Shown here piece after piece: positions 1 through 10,847 of a stretch of DNA of 64,000 nt. Source of the DNA: Gekko japonicus (taxonomy: Eukaryota); contig NW_015173141.1 of NCBI RefSeq assembly GCF_001447785.1, forward strand, positions 1 through 64,000, written 5' to 3'. The notes below the pieces were generated by a model. The model searched no databases. It was not told the origin of the DNA and was given only the letters and a program-made list of their open reading frames with translations. The position numbers and the translations under genes were made by a program. Each line of letters opens with the position of its first letter. Position 1 is the stretch's first letter.

Positions 1-155
1 TGGACGTTTTCAAGCGGAGGCTGGACAGTTTTTCATCTTTTCAACATACATCTTTCGGGTAGGGTTATCTTTCAGCTTTGCTCCTGCAGAGTGCAGATGG
101 TTGGACTAGATGACCTGCAAGATCCCTTCCAACTCTAACGTTCTATGATTCTATG
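1..155 (+). mobile_element. CR1 LINE 3' end (RT C-terminus and 3' UTR with ATTCTATG repeat tail)
   Basis: Reads DVFKRRLD, then ggttggactagatgacctgcaagatcccttccaactc and ttctatgattctatga. Same subfamily as 15941-16340 and 50049-50151. Confidence 0.85.
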
Positions 156-732
156 AAGAAATAACATCAAGTATTTTTAAAAATGTACTCCTTCCTCCCT
201 AAATTTTTCTGCTGCGTTTCCCTTTCTATGAGACAGTAGCTGAAGTTTTTGGTTCAGTTATCTATTGTTCCCATAATTTTTTAGTCATTTCCTCCATACT
301 GATCATTAGGGTCCAGGACGGAGCAATTTGAGGCCCTGTACAACAGTTGTGGGGGGTTATTTTTCTCCATTATGTGAACTTTACATAGCTGTATTGTTGT
401 TCACTTGACTATAATATGGAGGGAAATTATTTTATCTTTAAAAAGAACATTTTTAGGCATGCTCGAATGCCCACGGGTTCAGCTTACATCCTGCTTCAGG
501 GTCATGAGAACTGAGAGCTGATTATTCACCGAGCTGTTTGGATAAGTCCAGATGAAACTGGATGTATCTGACTGTTTGCATATTTTCTTGCACAATTAGG
601 TTTTTCTCATCACTCCCCACCACCCGCCATGTCTTATCTGCCACTGTTGCCAACTCCAGTTTTTAAAAGAACAAATAGCATAATGGGGGGGGGGGGAAAT
701 CAGTTTGAGATTGTTGAGTTACTACTGTCTAA

Positions 733-816
733 GAATTAGACTCTAACAGCACCTTAAGAGACCAACAAGCGTTTCAGGGTGTAAGACTTCGAGAGTCAAA
801 GCTCCTTTCATCAGAC
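733..816 (-). mobile_element. Penelope-like pseudo-LTR fragment with degenerate hammerhead ribozyme core
   Basis: Minus strand: tCTGATGAaaggagctttgactctcGAAgtcttac...cttgttggtctcttaaggtgctgttagagtc. Confidence 0.6.
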
Positions 817-1690
817 TTGATACTGTCCAAGAGTATCTGCTCATGAACCCAGCTAAACTTGCAATCAGTTCTTGTGATTACTTCTTCAGCAGATGCCTCT
901 GACTGCACAGGCACAAAAAGCTGACAGTGCATCCTATCTGATATTGATCATTTAAAGAATGCATTTGAGTGTGCAGGCACAAAGAGGGGGTGAATGTCGA
1001 GCGACCTCAATGACTATGGCCCTGGAGGATTCTGCCTTCTCCAGTAAATGAAATTATTTAATTCTTGAACCAGGCTAAAGTAGCTGCCAACTGCAATGAC
1101 CAAGTTGCTACTGTGCAGGCTCAAAGCTTATCAGCATGGCATTGTGTTTGTGTCAAACTTTGCCAAGCTCACCTCATGTGTCACTGACTGAGTACAGGTG
1201 TGTTCACCTGGCATGCATGTTTGCCACAAAGTTTTTGGCAGGAGAAGCAACGACGAGGATAACATTGACTCATTTTCGTTCTGTACTTTATTGACCAACT
1301 AGAGAATGACAAATATAACATCACCAACACTACAGTAAAATAGAGTGTTTTCTTTCCTTTCAGAGATCTGAAGATGGTATGCTAGAACCATTATTGTTAC
1401 ACCATGCACAGCTATTGATTTTATCTCACTATCTTGTTCTGGCTGGAGTTCAAGGCTTTCTGAATCACTAACCAAAAAACTGTTTAACCAGAGACAATAA
1501 CAGAATGAGTGAATGTTTCCTCTATAAAACCTAATTTAATTTTCTGCGGGAACAAAAAACAGTATAATCTTTATGCCCCATTGTTGTCTTTGGTCAAACA
1601 AATGTTAAGGATATTGCTTGAGAAGAGATGATAAGCTGGACAAAATGAGCAGGCATATACCACTGTAGGCAATAGTTGTAACATACACCA

Positions 1691-1980
1691 AGAAGAAGGA
1701 GGAGGAGGAGGAGATTGGATTTATACCCTGCCCTTCACTACCCAAAGGAGTATCAGAGTGACTTACAATCTCCTTTCCCTTCCCCTCCCCACAACAGAGA
1801 CCCTGTGAGGTAGGTGGGGCTGAGAGAGCTCTTTCGAGAACTGCTGTTTCCAGAACAGCTCTGAGAGAACTGTGACTGACCCAAGGTCACACCAGCAGCT
1901 GCATGTGGAGGAGTGGGGAATCAAACCCGGTTCTCCCAGATTAGAGTCCACACTGCTAACCACTACACCAAACTGGCTCT
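1691..1980 (-). mobile_element. tRNA-derived squamate SINE (Squam-type) with (TCC/TTC)n tail
   Basis: Head gccagtttggtgtagtggttag (A box) and gggtttgattcccc (B box). Multiple copies in the window. ACACCAA flanks both sides. Confidence 0.85.
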
Positions 1981-2087
1981 CACACCAAAACTATTGTATG
2001 CGTTGTGTTCTTCAATTGGGTTCAATAAAGTAGCAAGTCTTCCTTTGGCCAAAGAATCCTTTCCTCCAGAGCAATTTTCCTTCTAAT

Positions 2088-2277
2088 CAGGGCTCTTTAT
2101 GTAGCAGGAACTCCTTTGCATATTAGGTGACACACCCCTAATGTAGCAAATCCTCGAAGAATTTACAGAGCTCTTCTGACAGGGGCTACAGTAAGGTCTT
2201 GGAGGATTGGCTACATTAGGGGTGTGTCGCCTAATATGCAAAGATGCAAAGGAATTCCTGCTACAAAAAGAGCCCTT
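2088..2277. mobile_element. Palindromic non-autonomous DNA transposon (hAT-like MITE)
   Basis: Long inverted arms cagggctc..tgtagcaggaactcctttgcatattagg...cctaatatgcaaag..ggaattcctgctacaaaaagagccct. Confidence 0.75.
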
Positions 2278-3849
2278 AGGATTCAAGCCACAGGTCAGTG
2301 ACACTTTCCTCCAATGCAAGGAAACTTCCCCTGACATAAGAAGGTCTTCTACTTAGAACAGTGTATGAGGGGGAGGCTTCTTGCATGGGAGTAAGTGCCT
2401 CCACTAGCAGAATTGCTCCACAGGCTCCAAACCACAATCTAGTCTTGAGAAAAAGAATTCTATATGGATGTGATTTGACTGTAACTTGTCCCTCTTTTAC
2501 ATTGGCTTCAGAAGCTCAGTGCTTAGTTTCTTTTTAACAACATAAAAAGTACCCATCAAAACTAGTTTTTGTGGCTGGAGTTACAATTACTTAAAGACTG
2601 ACTCTTCTCTTTTCTTGTCTCCCTGATTCCCTCCAACTACCCTTTCTTGGCAGTAAATACTGTCTCAAATGTCTACAAATGGTTTGGTCCATTAGAATTC
2701 ATATGACATTTTACATGGGAGGGAAGAGTGTGAAATGTTGTTTTCTCTGTTGCTGCCATATAAATTATTCATCTTTGTGATTTGGAGGATGACTTTTCCA
2801 TGTAGATAAGAAGTCACCTCGTTTACTGTATACATCCCACAGTCAAAACAATCAGAGATACAGAACAAAAGGGTTCAGCTGAACATATACTGCATTGTGT
2901 GGGGACTGCAAATAACACATTCAGGAATCTCTCTTGACTGAACCTTCCATGAAGTTATTTATGAACACAAACTACTCACTGTGATATGTGGTGCCATACT
3001 GCCAAGCAGTATATTGCTCTTTTATTTCATGAAAAAATAAAATGGCTAGGATTTTCTGACATTCAGAGCAGAGATACAGGCTTCTTGTGTAAAGCGAAAG
3101 CCATTGAAGCTAAGGTAGGAAGCAATTAGTTGCAGCAAATAAAACTCCTTACATCCTGTTTCAGTTATCAGTCATGTAGAATGTACAAGGATATATAACA
3201 TGCCTTGAAAATCACACTTAACAACAGAAAGTGCACCACATTGGTTTGTGGACTGATTCTTGTGCTTCATTGATATAAATACTAATTCAGATTCATATAA
3301 AATGTGAATGGCCACATAATATATACATCCATTATACATGAACCAAGAAAAAGAGGCCTGTATTGATTTACAGAAACATTTGAGAAACAAAAAATATTTT
3401 TGTTACCTTTCATTGATGTTCTTTTGTTACTTTTTAAGAGTACCCATCAAAATATCTCCAGTGTGCATACATTTAAATTTTCCAGAACTCTTCATCAGCT
3501 AGCTTTCCAGTTAGCGGTGGGCATGAACCAGGAAAATATGGTTCAGTTTGTGCTTCGTGATATGCCCCAGTTCCAAACCATGGACTGTCACATATTTTAG
3601 CCACCTGACATTTCCCCAGAAAGCACTTTCCTAGGGGCATCTTCTTTGGGGGGCATAATTTGGGTCCCATAAATCCAATCCTCACCAAACCTGGAGAGCA
3701 AATAGAGAAGAGACAGCCAGAGATCCTGTACAAGTTTGGCATTTCTAGCTTACACAGGCTCCATTCTATACACTCCTAAACCTCCTGAACCTGTACCTGT
3801 CAAAATGACAGCTGACAGGCAGTCATTTTGACAGGCTCAGGTTCAGGAG

Positions 3850-4306
3850 TGTCAGCGAGCTGCCATGATTTATCTGTTGTATATATGATTCACCTGTCTG
3901 CGCCTCTTAACCCTGCATTACTATCTGTATTACTTCATATGTTGATAGATGTTACCCAGCAACCCCAGCGCATGCTCAAATGCGAGCAGCTTGTTAGCGA
4001 AATGCATACCATGTCCAGGGCAGGTGGTCAGATAAGGAAGAATGTTTTGGGAACTGCTTTAGTTAGGAGCCTGGGAAAATATATATTTTGAGCAAACTAG
4101 GCCGTTATGATTCTCAGCACTTTGGCGCTATTTACCCTGAGCGGGAAAATGTCCCATTGGTGTAAACCCTGTTTGAATCTCTTTCATGTTACCTGCTTGT
4201 ATTCCTGTACGCCATTCTAAACAGAAATCTTGTAAGTGAAACACCTTTTAATAAAGTCATCCTCTGGACTGAGAGAAGTGGCTCGTTAATCGATGGTATC
4301 ATCACA
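3850..4306 (+). repeat. 5' LTR of chromovirus (457 bp)
   Basis: tgtcagcgagc...gtatcatcaca, AATAAA at 4250-4255, about 7 substitutions versus the 3' LTR by eye. Confidence 0.97.
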
Positions 4307-4357
4307 GACTGTTTAGAATCATTCTTTCCTAATCGTCCCACATCTATCACCACTGAT

Positions 4358-5854
4358 ATGGATGACGACGAGAGGAAATCTCTACCCAAAGACCAGACCC
4401 TGGATGGGGCCGAGTCGAAGGACCTCGCTGCAGAGGAGGGAGCGGAGATGGAGAAATCCGCGCCGGCTACTCCTGCAGGGGCCACCGGAATCAAGAAGGT
4501 GACAGCGACACTGTATATGTCTCCATGGACTAGCCAAGAACCCCCACCGAGTTGGAGCGATTTCGGCGCAGAGGGCCTCAGGCAATCTCAGGAGCTAACA
4601 GGAGCGAGAAGGCGAGAGAGCTCCCACGATTGGAATGTGGCGGCCCATCAATTTGCTGAGACAAGCAGCCGAGTTACGGCAAGGTCGAAAACACGGAGAG
4701 ACCGCATCTTCCCGGAGGAAGGGGTCTGGGAACAGCTCCAAGAGACGAATCGCCTGGTGAGAGATTTACAGCACACACTGAGAGAGGTGGTCGAAAATCT
4801 ACCTCACCTGGTGCGAGACGTTTACGAACAAGTGGAATATGAAGCTCATATCGGAGCAGGCCAAGGCCAGGCCGCCCAGCCGCAGGTCCAAGCCGGCCAG
4901 CAACAGGCGGCCCCGGCCCAGATTCCGGTACAGCAGCAGCAACAGCAACAGCAGCAACAGCTTCCCCTGATTCCACAACAACCCGGGGGCCCGCCGGCAG
5001 TACAGGCTGGGGTGCCCAGGGCTAAAGACCTGATCGAAGCAACCTTTGATGGGAATCCCGACGAACTGCCCTACTTTGTGGTCAGAGTACAGAAGTTCCT
5101 GGATCGGTCGGGACATCTATTCCCTGATGACAGTAGCCGAATTGATGTGGTAGCATCCCGCTTGAAGGGAGCGGCGGCAACATGGTACGTCAGCTTGCAT
5201 GCATCCCGAGGCCCTGAATTGAGAGACATTCAGGCTTTCATGTGGGCACTAAGGCGGCAGTTTGAAGATCTGAATGCTGCCCCTAGAGCCCGAGCCTACC
5301 TACGAACCTTGAAGCAAGGGAAGAAAACGGTATGAGACTACGCAGCGGAATTCAAACTGCATGCAGCAAAGCTGGCTGACTGGCCAGACCATATTTTGGC
5401 CGAGTTTTTCAGGTTGGGATTAAATCAGGAAATCAGAGAGACGGTCCTGAGATCGGTGGATCCTGTTTCCCTGACAGCATGGATCCAAGAGGCGGAGAAC
5501 GCAGAGAACCGGCTGAACACTCTTAGGCTGGATGTAGCGGCATCGAGTGGGAGAAGCGCCACCCCCCACCCGAAACAGAAAATCTACAAGCAACCAGACG
5601 CGCAGAGAGAACAACGGATGAGGCAAGGTTTGTGTCTGAAATGCGGGGGAAAGGGCCATTTTGCAGCCGAATGTGGGAAGAAGCTGGCAAGTGAAAGCAG
5701 CAGCAACCAAGGCACGCCCAAGGCAACCATGAAGAAGAAGCCAACGGGCAAACCCAAATTCATGAAAGCCTTGCAAGCTTCACCCGAAGAAGACGAAGGG
5801 GACTCGAGTGAGGAATCAGAAGGCCATTCGGGAAACGAACTGGTCCTGTTGTAA
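4358..5854 (+). pseudogene. gag: gag (coiled coil, Q-rich linker, PEG10/RTL-type capsid, CCHC knuckle) with in-frame TGA at 5333-5335
   Basis: ORFs 4358-5335 and 5396-5854 share a frame. Capsid motif TFDGNPDEL...FPDDSSRIDVVASRLKGAAATW and zinc knuckle CLKCGGKGHFAAEC. Confidence 0.9.
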
Positions 5855-5893
5855 GAGGGGCAACCCAGCAGGACCCTGAGAGCAACGCGCCTC
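5830..5893 (+). promoter_or_regulatory. -1 programmed ribosomal frameshift signal (G GGA AAC plus stem or pseudoknot)
   Basis: Heptamer 5830-5836 lies in the correct gag phase. Stem ggtcctgttg (5842-5851) pairs with cagcaggacc (5866-5875). The protease ORF is in the -1 frame. Confidence 0.8.
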
Positions 5894-5895
5894 AA

Positions 5896-8800
5896 ATGGT
5901 GAGCAATCCCCCCTCCCTGTTATTCGTGACTGTGTCATTAATAAATCCCCTCCTGGGGACGCATGTGCGGGTGAAAGCCCTGATTGATTCAGGGTGTGGA
6001 AGAGACTTAATCCATCCAGCGGTAGTAGCTGGATTGGAAGCCGGGTTAACCCGCTTAAAAGACCCTATACGGTTTACCCAAATGGATGGGTCCCCAATGA
6101 AGCAACCCTGTCTCCACAAAACAATGCCACTGAGACTGGGGGTGGGAGAGCATTGGGAAGACAGATTGTTTATAGTTACCCCAAATGCAAGGTTCTCCCT
6201 GGTGCTAGGAGCACCCTGGCTGTGGCAGCACGACCCGCACATCATATGGGAAGAGGGGAAGGTGAACTTTGTCTCCCAGAAATGTCTCACCCACGTCGGG
6301 AAGGAAGGGGGGGGAGCAGACCAAGGGAGAACTTCCCCTCAGCTCTTCTGACAGAGGAGGAGGTGTCGTCCATTCCCCCAGAATATAGAGACTTACAGAG
6401 AACGTTTGGGGAGGAAGAAGTGGATGAACTGCCCCCTCACAGACATTCTGATTGTCGGATTGAATTAATACCAGGGGCCAAACTTCCCAAGGGGAAAATT
6501 TACGCGATGGGGCCAGCAGAGAGGGCGGAACTACGGAAATTCATTGATAAAAACCTTGAAAGGGGTTTTATTCGACCCGCCTCCTCCCCATTCGCGGCTC
6601 CCATATTGTTCCGCAAGAAAAAAGATGGGGGGCTACGGCTATGCACGGACTACCGGGGCCTGAACGCGGTGTCAGCAACTAACGCATACCCCATGCCTCT
6701 GATTAAAGACTTACTTGCAGAGGCTTCAAAAGGGAAAATCTTCTCCAAACTGGACTTGAGAGATGCTTACTTCCATGTGCGCATCAAGAAAGGGGATGAA
6801 GCGAAGACCGCTTTCAACACACCGTTGGGGCAGTTTGAGTACCTAGTCATGCCCTTCGGCCTTCAGGGCAGGCCAGGGGTGTTCATGAACTTAATAAATG
6901 AAGTGTTACATAAGCATTTATTCAAGGGGGTCCTTGTGTATCTGGATGATCTGCTTGTGTACTCCCCCGACCTCCCCTCACACGTGAAATTGATGAGGAA
7001 AGTCCTGCAAACATTGTACAAACACAAGCTCTTTGCTAAACTGTCAAAATGTGAATTCCATAAAACACACATTGATTTTTTGGGCTACCGCATTTCGGCG
7101 GGAGGGTTGGAAATGGACCCGAAAAAAGTAAAAGATGTCCTGGGCTGGGAGGTACCTCAGACTCGCAGGCAATTGCAAGCATTCCTCAGATTTGCCCAAT
7201 TCTATAGGACTTTCATCAAGAACTTTGCCCAAGTGGCCCTCCCATTAACTGACTTATTATAAACGAAAGGGAAGGGACCAGAAGCCACGAGACCGGGGGC
7301 CAGATTGGCTTGGTCACCGGAATGCCAGCGGGCTTTCCAAACCTTGAAAACTCTGTTTACGTCTGAACCGGTGTTAGCACATCCAGATGAGATGAAAAAA
7401 ATTGTGGTTCAGACAGATGCTTCGGATGTGGCCATGGGGGGGCTATTTTGCAGGAAAGGCCAGATGGAAAATTACACCCCCTCGCATACGTATCCAAGAA
7501 GTTCACTGAGGCCGAACGCCGCTGGTCTGTGTGGGAGAAGGAGGCGTCAGGGATACACCTCGCGTTGGTGACGTGGAGGCATTGGTTGGAGGGGGCCAGA
7601 GTCCCATTTGAAGTCTGGACTGATCACAAAAATCTAGAAACGCTAAAAAAAACCCGTAGCCTGAATGCGAAACAGCTGCGTTGGGCGGACTTCTTCTCCA
7701 AATTCCAGTTCACCCTTCATCATTTCCCTGGGGTGGCTAATTCTCTGGCAGATGGACTGTCCCGTCTTCCCCAACATGCAAGCCAAAGGGACATTGTCAT
7801 AGACTCTGTTTTCACTCCTGCCCAACTGGGAGGGGCGGTGACGACCCGGAGCCAGGCAGCAGACATTCCTGCGGTGCAGGAAAAAACCCCGGCCCTTTTG
7901 CCTACGATGGAGTGGGAGGGGAGATTTCTCTCGAGCCTTTCTGACCAGGAGCTACAAATCTTGGAAGGGAGGGAGGGGTGTAAACAGAGGGAGAATGGCT
8001 GCTGGTACAAAGACAATAAATTGTATGTCCCTATTTCGCTGAGGGGGGAGGTGATGGGGGCGGCACATGGATCCAAATTGGCTGGCCACTCAGGATTTCT
8101 GAAGACTTTGCAACTGTTGCAACGACAGTTCTGGTGGCCTAGTATGCGCAAGGAAGTCTCCAAATTCGTTCAATCTTGCCAATTATGTGCCATGACTAAA
8201 CCTAGAGGGGGGGAAACCCCGGGATTGCTACACCCGTTGCCAACTCCCAACAGACCTTGGGAAGTGATTTCTATGGATTTCATAACGGATCTGCCCTTGA
8301 GCAATGGGAAAACGGTGATTTGGGTGGTTGTTGACATGTTCTCTAAACAAGCCCATTTTATTCCGTTTCCTTCCCTGCCTACTGCAAAAGCTTTGGCGAA
8401 AGCTTTCCTATCCCATGTAATAAAATTACATATGGTACCTAGGAAGGTGGTATCAGTCAGGGGAACACAATTTGTTTCCAAGTTTTGGGCTGAGGTCATG
8501 AAGTTATTGGGGGTGGAGAGGGGGCTCAGTAGCACTTATCACCCAGAAACCGACGGACAAACAGAACGGGTCAATCAAACATTGGAACAATATATGGTAC
8601 CTAGGAAGGTGGTATCAGTCAGGGGAACACAATTTGTTTCCAAGTTTTGGGCTGAGGTCATGAAGTTATTGGGGGTGGAGAGGGGGCTCAGTAGCACTTA
8701 TCACCCAGAAACCGACGGACAAACAGAACGGGTCAATCAAACATTGGAACAATATCTTCGTTGCTTCACCAATTACCAACAATCGGACTGGTGTGAGTTG

Positions 8801-9451
8801 TTGCCATTGGCTGAATACTGTTACAACAACGCTTATCATGTATCCATTGGTATGTCCCCCTTTAAAGCGGTGTACGGCTACGATAGTCCCCCTCTCCCAA
8901 TGCTGCAAGGGGAGGAAATTGAGGTCGGTGGAGACGCACAGGCTTGGTGTAGAAAGTTGCAGGAGGCCTGGCCAATTCTAGGTAAAACGTTAGACGAGGC
9001 CAAGGCCGCCTACAAAAAACAGGCGGACAGGGGTAGGGTGGAGGGTTGGGCTCTGACGCCTGGAGAGATGGTGTATGTGTTGACGAAAAATATCAAAATG
9101 TTGAGGCCCAGCCGGAAATTGGGCTGGAAGTACATTGGACCGTTTGAGATCAAGCGGGTTATTAATGACGTGGCGGTTGATGTGGTTTTACCAAAGAACC
9201 TGAGAGCTTTACATTCTGTATTTCATTTCAGCCTCCTGAAAAGGGACACGGGGTCCTCGGAGTGGCGAGAGAAACACACCTCGCCTTTACCAGTTTTGCT
9301 GGAGGGGCAAGAACATTATGAGATCAAATGTATTCTGGACTCTAAGCATAGAAATGGGAAATTGTGGTATTTGGTTGAATGGAAAGACTTTGGGCCCCAG
9401 CACCGGGAATGGGTGGAAGAAGGGGATATTCGGGCCCCTTACTTGATCTGA
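5896..9451 (+). pseudogene. pol: pol: aspartic protease, RT, RNase H, integrase, chromodomain; disrupted by frameshifts (~6310, ~7440) and stops (7260, 9449)
   Basis: LIDSG, RLCTDYRGLN, YLDD, QTDASD, TDHKNL, H..H..CQLC, ISMDF, GQTER, GPF motif, YEIKCILDS...YLVEWKDF. Confidence 0.95.
8430..8755 (+). repeat. Perfect 162-bp in-frame tandem duplication in the integrase core
   Basis: MVPRKVVSVRGTQF...NQTLEQY occurs twice, with period 162 (8431 and 8593). Confidence 0.95.
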
Positions 9452-9578
9452 CGGTTTCATCGGGACTTCCCGGACAAGCCGGGAGGTCTCCCGGGTTAAC
9501 CGGGAAATTCGCCATGTGTAGCCGGGAGATTCCGGGAGATTCCGGGAGGAGTGGGAAAAGAGTTTGGAGGGGGCAGAA

Positions 9579-10035
9579 TGTCAGCGAGCTGCCATGATTT
9601 ATCTGTTGTATATATGCTTCACCTGTCTGCGCCTCTTAACCCTGCATTACTATCTGTATTACTTCATATGTTGATAGATGTTACCCAGCAACCCCAGCGC
9701 ATGCTCAAATGCGAGCAGCTTGTTAGCAAAATGCATACCATGTCAAGGGCAGGTGGTCAGATAAGGAAGAATGTTTTGGGAACTGCTTTAGTTAGGAGCC
9801 TGGGAAAATATATATTTTGAGCAAAGTAGGCCGTTATGATTCTCAGCACTTTGGCGCTATTTACCCTGAGCGGGAAAACGTCCCATTGGTGTAAACCCTG
9901 TTTGAATCTCTTTCATGTTACCTGCTTGTATTCCTGTATGCCATTCTAAACAGAAATCTTGTAAGTGAAACACCTTTTAATAAAGTCATCCTCTGGACTG
10001 AGAGAAGTGGCTTGTTAATCGATGGTATCATCACA
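9579..10035 (+). repeat. 3' LTR of chromovirus (457 bp)
   Basis: Direct repeat of 3850-4306, preceded by purine tract ggaaaagagtttggagggggcagaa. Confidence 0.97.
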
Positions 10036-10641
10036 AGGAGTGTATGGAATGGATCCTGTGCAAGCTCGAGACACCAAACTTAAAGGGAATGTAGAGGAGC
10101 ATTGAGGGAGGTGTGCTGTGAGTTTGATGTTTCTAGCTTGTACAGGATCCTTCTATACACTCCTGAACCTCCTGAACCTGCTCCTGTCAAAATGACCGAG
10201 GTTCAGGAGAGTATAGAATGGATCCTGTGCAAGCTAGAAACATCAAAGTCACAGGGGACCTCCCCTGGATGCTCCTCAACATGCCCTCCAAGTTGTTGCT
10301 TTGAAGTTCTGTAAACATTTTGACTGAGCAAGACATTCTGTCAGGAAATGTCTTCCCTCATGAACCAGTACGAACCTCCATGAACAGCTTAAAAGTTCGT
10401 GGAACATTCATGCTGGGTGCCTGCCATCAGCTTGACTTTGGGAAGCACAAACCAGCCAAAATTCATCACAAGCTTTAGTTCATGATCCAGTTCATGCCAG
10501 GATCTATTTCCAGTACAACCACCTCCCTCCTCAAATGGGGAAGGGAATAGGAGACAATGTTTTCCAGTGTGTGGTATGGAAGTCTCAAGTATGGAAGTCT
10601 CAAACATCTTCTAGTTTTAAAATGGAATACAGGGTCTGTTG

Positions 10642-10847
10642 CAATGTTCCCTCTAAGCTGTGGAGTCTTGTGAGCAAAAATTCTACTTTGTGAGCTACTG
10701 GCATTAAAGTTGTGAATGAGTGATTTGGCTACTGCGTAAATTTGTTTGCTCTGGAGCCCTCCTTCCTGAGCTCAGGCAAAAATGTGTGAGCTGGAGGCTA
10801 AAAAACTGTGAGCTAGCTCACACTAACTCAGCTTAGAGGGAACACTG
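10642..10847. mobile_element. hAT MITE
   Basis: TIR caatgttccctctaagctg / cagcttagagggaacactg with perfect 8-bp TSD GTCTGTTG. Confidence 0.9.

Larger units (their letters stand above)
3850..10035 (+). mobile_element. Full-length but decayed Ty3/Gypsy chromovirus LTR retrotransposon (Tf1/sushi group)
   Basis: TG...CA LTRs at 3850-4306 and 9579-10035, AGGAG TSD (3845-3849, 10036-10040), PPT before 9579, domain order gag-PR-RT-RH-IN-chromodomain. Confidence 0.97.
3512..10506. mobile_element. Old hairpin-rich non-autonomous DNA element, split by the Gypsy insertion (arms 3512-3849 and 10036-10506)
   Basis: Degenerate TIR tag...ggcatgaac / gttcatgcc...cta. Internal inverted units cctgaacctg..cctgtcaaaatgac...gtcattttgacagg..caggttcagg occur on both sides of the insertion. 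Confidence 0.55.

Noticed and set aside
3828-4091. ORF repeated at 9551-9820
   Set aside because: Incidental frame in the two LTR copies
4358-9451. Domesticated PEG10/RTL-like host gene
   Set aside because: Both LTRs and the TSD are retained and the ORFs carry multiple stops and frameshifts, consistent with neutral decay
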